Assembly (NCBI RefSeq): GCF_006345805.1
Contig: NC_043003.1
Span: 88,536,001-88,600,000, forward strand
Direction of reading: 5' to 3'
Length of the DNA: 64,000 nucleotides
Source: Octopus sinensis
Taxonomy: Eukaryota
Shown: piece after piece, positions 12,262 through 24,490 of the stretch
Position numbering within the stretch: the stretch's first letter is position 1
How the letters are laid out: every line of letters begins with the position of its first letter
Made by a program: the position numbers and the translations under genes
Notes under the pieces: generated by a model
The model's input: the letters and a program-made list of their open reading frames with translations, nothing else
The model's database searches: none
What the model was told of the DNA's origin: nothing

Positions 12262-12830
12262 AATGCAGCACCAAGTGCCTCAATTGGTTGCACACTACAA
12301 AGTTCATGGAACCTACTGAAGCAAGTCTGTATGCTTGTGGCATTACCACGGGCGATGGCAAGGCTTAAGGCATTGGAGAAGCCAAGCACCCTCATGGGCA
12401 TCACCTGACATTTCAGTGAGGCGAGCTGCCAATGATAACTAGAACTTCACCGTTAGTGGCCTAATTCCTCCAAATGTCTCAAATGCCACAGGCTGGAAGA
12501 GATAGTTCACTGCCACATTACGATACTTCAGGGTTTTGTTAAATTTGGTTACAGAAGCAGCGACCCTCCCATTTACTGCATCATCCAGGATGTAGGCAGG
12601 AGCGAAAGAATCACAGATTATGGTGTCCTAGACGAGGCACCTACCTTTTACTCAGGGACAGAGGTTAAGACCATATAGTCTCTTCTCATCACTTCTGAAT
12701 AATCCTGCAAGCTCCAAAACTGAGGAGATATTAATCCAAGTCAGGCCCACTTAATGAATAAGTTTAGCTCAGTGTGATGAGTGAAACAACCAACATTTAG
12801 GCGGTAAGACAGACCGTTTCTTTGTTTCCT
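12262..12830 (-). mobile_element. Second CRE-like RLE remnant
   Basis: Diverged paralogue of 8460-9050 sharing the 3' end caccaagtgcctcaattggttgcac; IARGNATSI motif. Confidence 0.7.
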
Positions 12831-13163
12831 TCTATCTTCTTTCTAACAGACATCAAATGTTTCACACTAACATCAGTGAACATGCTATGATGCAAATTTC
12901 ACACTCTGCCTCCCAATTTGCTGCAAACCCCTTATTTTTGTTCAGAAAAAGGGTGGGTAGGAAACTGGACCACCCCCATCCCAGAATCATTGGGTAAGTT
13001 GATTTTTTTTTTTCGTTGAATGAATTATGGTGACCTCCTAATATGCCATAAAACTCTTTTTGGGGTCTGGAAAACGGGGTGGTGTGGAATCCTCGGAAAT
13101 TTCACCCCCTCCCCCTTTTCAAATATTTTTTTGCTGTTTCTTTACCCATATTTTTAGATAACA

Positions 13164-14303
13164 TTTTGCAGAAATACGTTTTCAAGTGAGTGTGGATTAC
13201 ATTAGATTGAAAATTCAAAGAAGTTTGAAATGCAGTGAAAATGCAGAGGTTAAGGAAGTTAGTGGTAACAAAGTTTGTGGAACGATAAAGAATAAATAAT
13301 TCATCTAAAAAAACACACTAGAGTTTGTGTGTGTGTGTGAAACAAGTAAAGGTACAATATTAAAACAAAATATCTTTTTCCTACCTCTTAAAATCACTGG
13401 ATATAATATGTATAATATATAATAATCCCAGATTGCAGAATACATTTGAAAAACTAAAGCACTTTTCCTTTGCAATTTTTGGCGCTGAAATCGGGCAAGG
13501 CTTCCACTGCACTCCACACATTCTTCTTACCCCCAACTAGGCTTATACTTTAAAACATTCAATACAGATTTTCCTACACCCATTAGGCTTGTTAACTTAC
13601 TTATTGGTAACTGAGAGATCTTGTAGTAATTAACCGAAAATATTAAAAAAGAAAATTATCAGACAGTCATGAGATATGCTAAATCACCCTTAACTTTTTT
13701 CTATAGTGAAACCATATTCAACACTATATTTATGAATTTGTTTCTCTCACCATGATACATGAGATCTTTTTAAAAACCTTTTTCTATTACTCAAACAAAA
13801 AAAATATATATCCAAGATTTTTCTATTTTAACCAAGTTCTCTGAAAAAACTTGATCTTTTATGACTGCAATATTGCAACGTTAAACAAGACAAACAATTG
13901 TTACCAGATGCACCCAACTTGTTGCTAATGTCTTAATACCATAACTCAATAAAAGAAAACTATCAGACAGGCAATTAAAAGGCCAAATGAAATTGTACAT
14001 AACTCAGAAACATAGACTTCTGAAAAGCATTAAAAAGCAAAGAAATTTAATAGTCATACATATGGTAATTCCCTGAATTCCAGCTTTTGCAGAAATACGT
14101 TTTCAAGAGAGTGTGGATTACATTAGATTGAAAATTCAAAGAAGTTTGAAATGAATAAGTGAAAATGCAGAGGTTAAGGAAGTTAGTGGTAAAAAAGTTT
14201 GTGGAAAGATAAAGAATAAATAATTCATCTAAAAAAACACACTAGAGTTTGTGTGTGTGTGTGAAACAAGTAAAGGTACAATATTAAAACAAAATATCTT
14301 TTC
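13164..14303 (+). repeat. Direct duplication of ~217 bp (13164-13380 and 14085-14303)
   Basis: Near-identical ttttgcagaaatacg...caaaatatctttt copies. Confidence 0.9.
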
Positions 14304-15158
14304 ACGCAAAAAAATAGTCTATAAATTTCTTACTCTTCAAAAGTCCTCTTCCCACCCCGTCAGTAAAATTTTCCTCAGAAATTTCTTTATAACCGTAATG
14401 TATGCTGTGTGAAAGGTATTTATATAAAATTTCATCAAAAGATATCCATTTTCCTCAAAGTTATGAGGGAAAAATATCAGACCTTGTGAATTTTCCGAAA
14501 GTCCTCTCCCCACCCTCCTTTGCTTTGCATGCTTTTTTTTTTTCTGGGTCAATAAATTAAGTACCAGACAAGTACTGGAGTTGATGTGGTCAACTTACCC
14601 CCCACCACCACCACCATCACCAGATTTCAGGCCCTGTCCCTACAGTTTAAAGGATTATTATTATTATTATTATTATTTCCTGATACTTTCATTGCTATTA
14701 TACATGAGTGTTCCTGAAATATCTCTATTATTTGTTTCATATATTTGTTATCAGTGATAAATTTTTAGCACCATTTCCTGTGATATTCATGCCTCTCTCA
14801 ACAGTAACATCTATATAAAGGTATATTCATTTGACAGAAGAATTGTCTACAAATCCGTTAAATATTCCAGGAAATTTGCCAAAATTCATAAAGCCGGAAT
14901 TCAGGGAATTACCATATGTATGACTATTAAATTTCTTTGCTTTTTAATGCTTTTCAGAAGTCTTTGTTTCTGAGTTATGTACAATTTCATTTTGGCCTTT
15001 TAATTGCCTGTCTGATAGTTTTCTTTTATTGAGTTATGGTATTAAGACATTAGCAACAAGTTGGGTGCATCTGGTAACAATTGTTTGTCTTGTTTAACGT
15101 TGCAATATTGCAGTCATAAAAGATCAAGTTTTTTCAGAGAACTTGATTAAAATAGAAA
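13820..15158. repeat. Near-perfect ~270-bp inverted duplication (13820-14088 and 14889-15158)
   Basis: Reverse-complement identity read directly, with few mismatches. Confidence 0.9.
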
Positions 15159-15274
15159 TATGCAGTAATCTATCCATGCATTGCTGAAAATTTAAATAAG
15201 GCATATTTTACTACAAAAAGGCATTGGACTAATTGTCATTAGTGTTATTTCTTAATCTGTGGACATCAGTGTTA

Positions 15275-15530
15275 TCATCATCATTGTTTAACGTCCACTT
15301 TCCATGCTGGCATGGGTTGGATGGCTTGATTGAGGACTGGTGAGCCAGATAGCTGCACCAGGCTCCAATCTGATCTGTGAGAGTTTCTACAGCTGGATGC
15401 CCTTCCTAATGCCAACCACTCCAAGAGTGTACTGGGTGCTTTTACATGCCACCAGCACAAGGGCCAGTCAGGTGGTACTGGCAACAGCAATGCTCAAATG
15501 GTGTTTTTTTATGTGCCACCTGCACAGGAA
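15275..15530 (-). mobile_element. RTE-tail SINE-like repeat
   Basis: catcatcat tail followed by the reverse complement of the UTR motifs. Confidence 0.8.
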
Positions 15531-15544
15531 ATAATAATAATATA

Positions 15545-16140
15545 TCCTTCTGTTGTAGGCACAAGGCCTGAAATTTTTTTTGGGGGGGGGGTGTCGATCA
15601 CATCAACCCCAGTACTTGACTGGTACTTAATTTATCGACCCTGAAAATATGAAAGGCAAAGTCGACCTTGGCAGAATTTGGGGTTAAGAGGCTAATCAAT
15701 TACAACTTTAGTGCTCAACTGGTACTTATTTTATAGCCCCTATATGGATGAAATGAAAAACAAAATTGGCATCAGCAGAATTTGAACTCCAAATAAAAAG
15801 ACAAATGAAATACTGCTAATTATTTTTATCCGTCATACTAATGATTCTGCCAGCTCACAGCCTCAATAATAATAAAAATAAATAATAATGATTATAAGAT
15901 AGTAATTATTATTATTAAGGCAGTGAACTGGCAGAATCCTTAACACAATGGACGAAATGTTTAGCTGTATTTCATCTGCTGCTACAGATACATTCTGACT
16001 TCCGATTCCACCGCAGTCGACTTTGTCTTTCATCCTTTCGGGGTCAATAAACTAGGTACCAGTGAAACACCAGGCTTGATGTAATCAACTAGTCCCCTCC
16101 CCCAAAATTTCAAGGCCTTGTGCCTTCAGTGGAAAGGATT
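15545..16140. mobile_element. Cluster of tRNA-SINEs with a GTCGACTTTG..TTTCATCCTTTCGGGGTC core (one + copy at ~15915-16140, - copies at 15545-15880)
   Basis: Core motif on both strands; (TTA)n tails. Confidence 0.65.
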
Positions 16141-16167
16141 ATTATTATTTTTATTATTATTATTATT

Positions 16168-16730
16168 ATTGAGTGAGAGAGCAGTGCATGCCATCAAAGT
16201 GACACTGGGGTAAAATATATGAAGCCCAGTATACCCGTCTGATAAAGGTACCCTAGGCACATGCATCACAACCATATGTGCACAACATGGTGATCTCATA
16301 TCAAGATAAACAGCACATGACCTTGCAGTTGGGGGCCCAGTTAGAATTTTCTTCTGGTTGAGTAACCCATCCCGCTCAAAAGGTCCCTGAATAAGGGTTG
16401 TTTAAGGATGTTGAACAAAACACCCATGTTTCCAGAGGTGAATTATTCAAACCCCAAAGAATACCTCTCAACACATGGCTATGATGCTGCTCGTGATCAG
16501 AGATGCACTACTTCTGCTCGTGATCAGAGATGTACATATCGTCAGCCACTAAGGGACATGCTCAACTGGTTAAGGTCAAACAACTGACAAGCAAATCTGT
16601 GGTTTTGAGCAGAATATTTGCTGTAGCCCATCTTTTATACCAAGACAAAACAATGTACATAACAACACTTCCAATCAGTTAAGATCAGCAGCCATGAGAG
16701 CCACTGCCTGGTACTGCATCAGGGCATTTG
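16168..16730 (-). mobile_element. Unclassified interspersed repeat flanked by (TTA)n
   Basis: Complex non-coding block between two (TTA)n tracts; assignment as a repeat is by context only. Confidence 0.4.
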
Positions 16731-16764
<34 letters not shown>

Positions 16765-17088
16765 AGCTCAACAGGGGGATTCAAATTCATCTGAGTTTGA
16801 CTTGCATCCTTTTTCAATAAGTACCAGTCAAGAACTGGGGTCATTGTAATTGACTTGCCTCCTCCCCTCAAAATTACTGACCTTTTGTCAAAATTACAGA
16901 ATTATTATTGATATTCTTATTATTTTGTATTAATTTGAGGATGAATGGTCCGTGAATATTAAATATCACTTAAGATTGGAAAAATTCGTAAATCACAATC
17001 ACAATTACACAATAATCTAGAGCTAAAAGTATTATATTATCACATACACACACACATATATAAATTCATTAAAAAAAAAAGACCTTAC

Positions 17089-17184
17089 TTTTTCTTCTCT
17101 GGCATTCTTTCTTTCTAATTGTTGCAAAAATTCAGTTTGGTCTTGCACTGCCTTTTCAAGAGCTGCAATCTCTTCTTCAGCCAT
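17089..17184 (-). CDS. Diverged paralogue of the WHEP first exon (candidate alternative first exon of the HARS-like gene)
   Basis: acaATGG start; MAEEEIAALEKAVQDQTEFLQQLERKNAREEK is 32 codons with 13/32 identity to 5222-5317, and has the same phase-0 GTAAGG donor at 17088. Confidence 0.7.
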
Positions 17185-17269
17185 TGTTGCTTAATAGTTA
17201 GTAATGATCACACGCTAATATATATAGCTTTATGGTTTTTAATGATGCAATATAGGCTGAGAGAAGTCT

Positions 17270-17385
17270 GAGTGAGGTGGGTAACAATTCCAAGAAAAGA
17301 TGATGTAATCAGGACACCCTTTAAAATGAGTGAAGTGGGTAACAATTCCAAGAAAAGATGATGTAATCAGGACACCTATTAAAAT
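17270..17385. repeat. Two-copy ~55-bp tandem repeat
   Basis: gagtga.gtgggtaacaattccaagaaaagatgatgtaatcaggacacc x2. Confidence 0.85.
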
Positions 17386-18688
17386 GCCTTATTTAGTATA
17401 TCCTGTTTATTGAATTGAAATACCTCTCCTATCAACTTCACCTATAACCTTTTAGTATTCCAAGGTTGACAACATAAAGCACAGAGCAAGTCATAGGCAG
17501 AATTGAATTCACTATATCTTCTGTAGACATACAAACATGAATTTAAATTGTGTTATCACACACATTCATTGCTAACCGTAGTTCTGTTTGAAATTGTAAA
17601 TCATGTACTAGAACAGAACATTATGAGATTGGGTTATGCAGTTGGGTGGCAACGAAGACCTGAGGCAGTGAATAATATTTCTAAAGTACTTGATAAAAAC
17701 AGATATCCTGTTATTTTCTCTTGAAATTCCTTTGTTGTCAGCTTAGCTCTTATCTCCATTATTCTGTCATCCACAACATAAGCACAAACCAAGTGCTGGC
17801 ATTAATTCAAATGACAGTATCATCATCACTGTTTTAACAGACACTTTTCCATGCTGCTAGAAATCAGATGGAATTTGTTGAGGCAGATTTTCTATGACCA
17901 GGTGCTTTTCCTATCAGCAACCTTCACTTGTTTCCAACTAAAGTAATATTTTCCTATGCCTGACAAAGAGCACAGGAAACATACACATACATATAAATGC
18001 ATACACACATACATGCATTACAGGTTTCTTTCAGTTTCTGTCTACCAATTCTACTCACAAGGTAAATGACACTTAACCAAGGTACCACACAGCAGGAATC
18101 AAAGCATGTGGATGGAAAGCAAGCTATATCTGCACCTCTTCTCTGCATATCTTGAAACCTTGGGCAAATAAGAATCAGTCACAGATTAGACAATAGTAAG
18201 TTTATTGAAGCAGTGAAAGACTGGATCTATTAGTGTTTAGTTCTTTATTAGTTACTATCATTTTAGTTGATAATAAAAAATATCATTAAAGTACATGGGG
18301 CTGAGTGAAAATATAATGGCCCATTAGTCCCAAATTGGTTTTGTGATTCAGCCACTAGATCCCGTCGGATTGACTCCAAAATTTGCAGGGACATGTAAAA
18401 TGAGGTGAGGATGTTAGTGGGATAGGTTAGAAATCCCCATCTTAAAAGGTGTCGTTGCTAGGGCCAAAAACACACTTTGACAAGTCTACTCTCATTCTTT
18501 TATGTATCTGTCTTCCTCCGTCACTCATTCTCTTTCCTCCCTTCCCATCACTTTCTATATATAACGTTGTTTCATGGCGTCTATCTCCCTTACCTTCACT
18601 TTCTCTTTATGACGTTCTGTCATGGCGTCCTCAGTCTCCCCCTCCTCCCCGCCTTCGACAGCGCTTTCACACACTCTCTCTCTCTCTC

Positions 18689-18865
18689 TCTACGTCTGGC
18701 TGCATTCATAGAGAGAATTATCATCGCCACCACCACCACACAATCATGAGAACAAATATTATGAATCAGATATTCTCTTTCTACGTCTGTCTGCATTCAT
18801 AGAGAGAATTATCATTGCCACCACTACCACACAATCATGAGAACAAATATTATGAATCAGATATT
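18689..18865. repeat. Two-copy ~90-bp tandem repeat
   Basis: ctacgtctg.ctgcattcatagagagaattatcat...aatcagatatt x2. Confidence 0.85.
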
Positions 18866-19119
18866 TATTGGGTTAATTTATATATGTGTGTGTGTGTTCT
18901 ATGTATAAATATGTATATATAATGTATATATACAAAGTGTATATATCTGTATTTATGTATATTAAACTTTTTAATACTTTTTTATAGTTATATATATTTT
19001 TTTATAAAATTATAAATATAAATCAATAATTTTAATTTTAAATTTAAATAATTTTAATTTTTCAATTTTATATTTTATATATTCTGTATATTATATTTTT
19101 ATTTTTATGTTTTAGTTTA

Positions 19120-19230
19120 TGTTTTTCACTGTTTGATTTGCCTAATAGTGGTTTTTATCTCTAATTTAATTTATATATATATATAATATATATATATATA
19201 TATTTGTATACATTTGTATATATAATGCGT

Positions 19231-19300
<70 letters not shown>

Positions 19301-19482
19301 ATGTGTGCATTATGTGGTTGGTTGTGCTGAAAATATGCACACCTATGCTAAAAGTGCTGGCGAGTTTGCATGTTTTGCTTTATGTTTTTCACTGTTTGAT
19401 TTGCCTATTAGTGGTTTTTATCTCTAATTTAATTTATACATATATATATATAATTTGTATACATTTGTATATATAATGCGTG

Positions 19483-19547
<65 letters not shown>

Positions 19548-19625
19548 CGTGTGCATTATGTGGTCGGTTGAGCTGAAAATATGCAGACCTATGTTAAAAG
19601 TGCTGGCAAGTTTGCATGACAACTA
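19120..19625. repeat. Tandem duplication (~250 bp) with embedded (TA)/(CA) microsatellites
   Basis: tttttcactgtttgatttgcct...tatctctaatttaattta and gtgcattatgtgg...gctgaaaatatgca each occur twice. Confidence 0.75.
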
Positions 19626-20339
19626 TTTTTTTCCTCAAATGAAAGGCGTGACCTCTAGGACAAAATTCCTCATCTTATAAAATGTGGCCCCAGTAGACCC
19701 GAATGAAATCGGGTTATATTAACCAAAATGTGATAAGGGGTATAAATGGGGCTGGAAGGGGATTAAAATTTAAAGGAGTGGGTGTTTAGGAATTCTCGGT
19801 TACATCAAGCTAAAAAATTTGCACCAGCCTTTTAATTGTCAATGTGTTGCCGTCCATGATGAAGAAGTTTTGAATGCTTGCCATGGTGAGTCTACTGTTG
19901 TGAGAAAGAATCACTTCAAAACTTGGTGTTTAGGAATTTTCTTTTACATCAAGTTCAAAATTTTACGCCAGCTGTTAAACTGTCAATACATTGCTGTCCG
20001 TCGTTAAGAAATGCCAGCCATGGTGACTCTACTATCCTCAGATTCTATCCCTTCAAACTTTGGTTTCCAATATTTTATTATTTTTATTCAGCTTGCAAGT
20101 TCGTCTGTCCCTTTTAAATGTTAGTGTTTTGCTGTCTGCCTTGAAGCAGACCTTTCCGTTGTCACTGCCTGATATTTATGATTGATCTTTCAAAATATTC
20201 TATTTCTCAACTTACTCAAGATCTTTTGTTGTTTATAAATGGGAGAGAGATAGATAAAGATAGAGAGTAAGAGAAAGCGAGGGAGAGTCCGAGAGAAAAG
20301 AAAAGAGAGTGGGAAAGTGAGAGAGAAACAAAGAGGGAG

Positions 20340-20690
20340 AATCATCATCATCATCATCATCGTTTAACGTTCGTTTTCCGTGCTAGCACGGGTTGGACAG
20401 TTTGACCGGGGTCTGGGAAGCCAGGAGGCTGCACCAGGCTCCAGTCTGATCTGGCATTGTTTCTACAGGTAGATGCCCTTCCTAACGCCAACCACTCTGT
20501 GAGTATAGTGGGTGCTTTTTTCGTGCCGCCGGCACAGGTGCCAGGGAGCTGGCAGCGGCCACAATCGGTTGGTGCTTTTTACGTGCCACCGGCACAGAAG
20601 CCAGTCAAGGCGGCACTGCAATCGGCCACGTTCGGATGGTGCTTTTTACGTGCTGAAAGGAAGCAGCAGAAAATAACTACCACACTCTTA
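20340..20690 (-). mobile_element. RTE-tail SINE-like repeat
   Basis: (CAT)n tail plus reverse-complement UTR motifs. Confidence 0.8.
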
Positions 20691-21019
20691 CCCGCGCATA
20701 GAGCGGGTCACCTTAAGCTAGTATATATATATATATATATATATATATAGCTTAAAGATTCTAAGTGACCACTGTGTAGTGATGAAAAGAAAATGGTCTA
20801 ATATTGGGGTATATAAGCCCTCGACGGATTAAAGTAGGGTTTCCATCCCATGCATACAAAAAAAAAAATCCCTTTTTTCTGTTGAGGATTTATATGCTCC
20901 AATATTAGACAATTTTCTTTAGTCATTACAAGGTGACCACTTATAAGCTTCAAGCTAATAAAATATTATTATTATTATTTACAGAATTGTAAAACTTGAC
21001 ACTGCCTACCAAAAACCAT

Positions 21020-21175
<156 letters not shown>

Positions 21176-21901
21176 TTGTTTGTAAAAAACATAGATCTGA
21201 AAAAAGCACACTCTAACAAAAATTCCTTAATAGCCAACTCTAACTCCCACTCATAAATAAGTTAACATCCAGCTAGCTCTTCCATTCTTGACTACTTATA
21301 CACCCACAACCCCATTGATAAAAATAACTCTACAGCCACTGACCTTAACCAGAATGGACACAAGCAGTTTCTACTAGATTTCCTCCCCAATACCTATAGA
21401 CTTTAAGACTACCACAGACACCTATTACTCTCTCTAAATTCCTTTCATTTTGCTCTGTTTTTTTTACCTTATCTACCTCGCCCTCCTTGTTCTCTGTCTT
21501 ATCTTCTCAGCTACCTTGTACACAATTCTTAGACACCATACACCTTACTTTATCCTATAGCCAAACCTAAAATTTCCTCTCCCCCTCACACTATCTACCT
21601 CTCTTTCTATTTTCTGTACATTCTTTTTACCACTTAATAGCCACCTCCACTACCATTCTGTTATTGAATGTTGACAGGTTCACATCTTTTTTCTCTGAAT
21701 GTCCATTATATCACAATTTTAACCCACATGCATCTACACAGGATTGCACCTAAGGACTTATGCACTTGTTTCTATAACATTGGAAAGTTGAATTATGAGC
21801 TTTTATGCTTCTTTTTTCTTCTTTCTTTCTATCTCCTTATTCTCTTACTCCCTTCCTCTGTGTCATCTTGTTAATATATACCATTCTGTTTTTCCCTATT
21901 T

Positions 21902-21957
21902 GTCTCTGATGATGGAATGTCCCATACTCAGGGATATCCCAGAAACAGCGGTAAGAC
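21902..21957 (+). ncRNA. Type I hammerhead ribozyme motif in a PLE pLTR-like remnant (~21230-22100)
   Basis: Stem I GTCT/AGAC; core CTGATGA; stem II TGG.ATGTCCC/GGGATAT.CCA; GAAAC; cleavage triplet GTA. Confidence 0.7.
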
Positions 21958-22177
21958 TTTGGATTTTTTCCACTAATAATAATGTATACGACTTGAAATG
22001 TTTGCCTTGCCCTAATGTTTATTGTCCTCTTTAACAATTATATATCTGCTGCATCAGAAATCTGCAATGGCTCCATAACTACCATCTTGGCTATAACCTT
22101 GAAGCCCTAGTAATCTGTTAGAGCACTTACCTAGCATACCTAATCATTTAGATCATTTGTGAACTAAACCCCCATAC

Positions 22178-22485
22178 TTGGCGCAATGGCCCAGTGGTTA
22201 GGGCAGCGAACTCGCAGTTATAGGATCGCGGTTTCAATTCCCAGACTGGGCGTTGTGAGTGTTTATTGAGCGAAAACACCTAAAACTCCATGAGGCTTCG
22301 GCAGCTAGTGGTGGTGATCCCTGCTGTACTCTTTCACCACAACTTTCTCTCACTCTTTCTTCTGTTGACTTGCTCGTTTAGCCAGCAGGATGGTGTCATT
22401 TGAAGGCTAAAACAATGCGAAGTGCATTGTGACTGGCGATATGTAGCAACATCTGATAGCCTGGTCAGTCACGGTGATCACAGTG
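22178..22485 (+). mobile_element. tRNA-derived SINE
   Basis: TGGCCCAGTGGTTAGGGCAGCG head and B-box-like GGTTTCAATTCCC. Confidence 0.8.
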
Positions 22486-22504
22486 ATATATATACGTATA
22501 TCTT

Positions 22505-23494
22505 TATATATATAAAACTGTGTGTGTCTGTCTGTCTGTGTGTTTCCCTAAAACTTGAGAACTACACAACCAATTTCATTCAAATTTTACACATGCCTTA
22601 CTTAGGGTCCATGTAGTTTCATGGGCAAAAAAAATGTTCAACTTCTTGCCTAGAGCAAGCCCATAGCAATATCATATCTTCTCCACTATTTCAGTATTAC
22701 GTGTTAAAAGTGAAACAAAAATATTTCTCTATTTTATGTCAGATACTTTCACTTTAACAATAAAAATTAGAGATAACAATTGAATTATATGTAGTAAGTA
22801 ATAATTAAAATCAAACTAAAGTATGATATAATCGTAACATAACAAAAGTAAAAATAGCAATTGGTATAAAATTGCATCAATGATTTGAACTTGAATAAGT
22901 GGTTTCACATGAATAGGAATAAATTAAAAATAAAATCAGCGTGCAGAAATGGAATAGTCCAGATGGATAATAAAAAATTAAATTAAAGAAAAGACTATTG
23001 TCTATAAAGTATACAATGTAGAGAAAAACATATCTAATCAGAGGCGGTAAATTCGCCACAATAGAGGCAAGGTTCGAGTCAATGGAGCATGCAAGGGAGT
23101 ACTCGACTCGAACTTGCAAAGTGGAAATATTTTATTTTTACCTTTATATCTGGGACGTAGGATGTCCCGGAAAAAATTTTAAATGCCCCCCTCCCCCCAA
23201 GAGTAGAGGTAGGCTGGATTGTAGCCACAGTTCTATACAAAAGGGAGGACAAGATACAATTGATCGAAATTACAAGAGATGGGCTAACAATTCCAGTCTG
23301 TTATATATTTTGAGTATTGTTATCACTAGCGATATCAAGATATAACTTTGCATTTTGCATTTTATGTGTAGATGTATATATATATAGATGTACATGTAAT
23401 ATGTACACATATATATACACATACATACATGCACTAGCACTATGACCCGGCAACGACGGGTCTTTAATGCTAGTATATATATAATATATACTTA

Positions 23495-23573
<79 letters not shown>

Positions 23574-23820
23574 ATATATAATATATATGAGAATGTGTGT
23601 CTATCTGTCTGTCTGTGTGTTTCCCTAAAACTTGAGGACTACACAACCAATTTCATTCAAATTTTACACATGCCTTACTTAGGGTCCGGGGAGTGTCATG
23701 GGCAAAAACATGTTTAACTTCTTGCCTAGAGCGAGCCCATAGCAATATCATATCTTCTCCACTATTTCAGTATTACATGTTAAAAGTGAAACAAAAACAT
23801 CTCTCTATTGTATGTGTATG
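22505..23820 (+). mobile_element. Non-autonomous Helitron fragments (heads at ~22505 and ~23585; CTAG-bounded hairpin at 23433-23474)
   Basis: tataaaactg.g..tgtgtgtctgtctg...ccctaaaacttgag heads; GACCCGGCAACGACGGGTC hairpin followed by CTAGT. Confidence 0.6.
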
Positions 23821-24094
23821 GATGTATATATATATATATATTACAAAATATAAAGTTATATCTTGAGATCATTAGTGACAACAACGCTCAAAATATATAA
23901 CAGACTGGAATAGTAGTGCTCAAATGAGCTGTATACACTTTTTAATCCGAGGGGAGGCAATGTGAGCAGCAACTACAAGAGCACTACAAAATCCACAGAA
24001 AGATCAAACACATATATATATTCATATATTCATTTATATCTACAGAACAGACATAAAGCCCGACGTTTAGAAATATATAGTAATATATAAATAT

Positions 24095-24490
24095 AGGTGC
24101 AGGAGTGGCTGTGTGGTAAGTAGCTTGCTAACCAACCACATGGTTCCGGGTTCAGTCCCACTGCATGGCATCTTGGGCAAGTGTCTTCTGCTATAGCCCC
24201 GGGCCAACCAATGCCTTGTGTGTGGATTTGGTAGACGGAAACTGAAAGAAGCCTCTCGTATATATGTATATATATATATGTGTGTGTATGTGTTTGTCCC
24301 CCTAGCATTGCTTGACAACCGATGCTGGTGTGTTTACGTCCCCATCACTTAGCGGTTCGGCAAAAGAACCAATAGAATAAGTACTGGGTTACAAAGAATA
24401 ATTCCCGGGCTTGATTTGCTTGACTAAAGGCGGTGCTCCAGCATGGCCGCAGTCAAATGACTGAAACAAGTAAAAGAGTAAAAGAGTATC
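24095..24490 (+). mobile_element. tRNA-derived SINE (second family, CTTGGGCAAG core)
   Basis: GTGGCTGTGTGGTAAG head and GGTTCAGTCCC B-box; same family at 3400-3550(-), 25990-26170, 45860-46390, 46690-46850 and 58495-58890. Confidence 0.8.

Noticed and set aside
17400-17800. Coding-like - strand stretch (AYVVDDRIMEIRAKLTTKEF...)
   Set aside because: Stops in all frames, no recognisable motif and weak splice sites; probably a decayed TE.
20775-20900. GTGATGA box C-like motif
   Set aside because: No matching box D with terminal stem; not a supportable snoRNA.
23064-23120. Hairpin GCAAGGTTCGAGTC/GACTCGAACTTGC with a tRNA B-box-like GGTTCGAGTC
   Set aside because: No cloverleaf, A-box or ribozyme core in the correct order.
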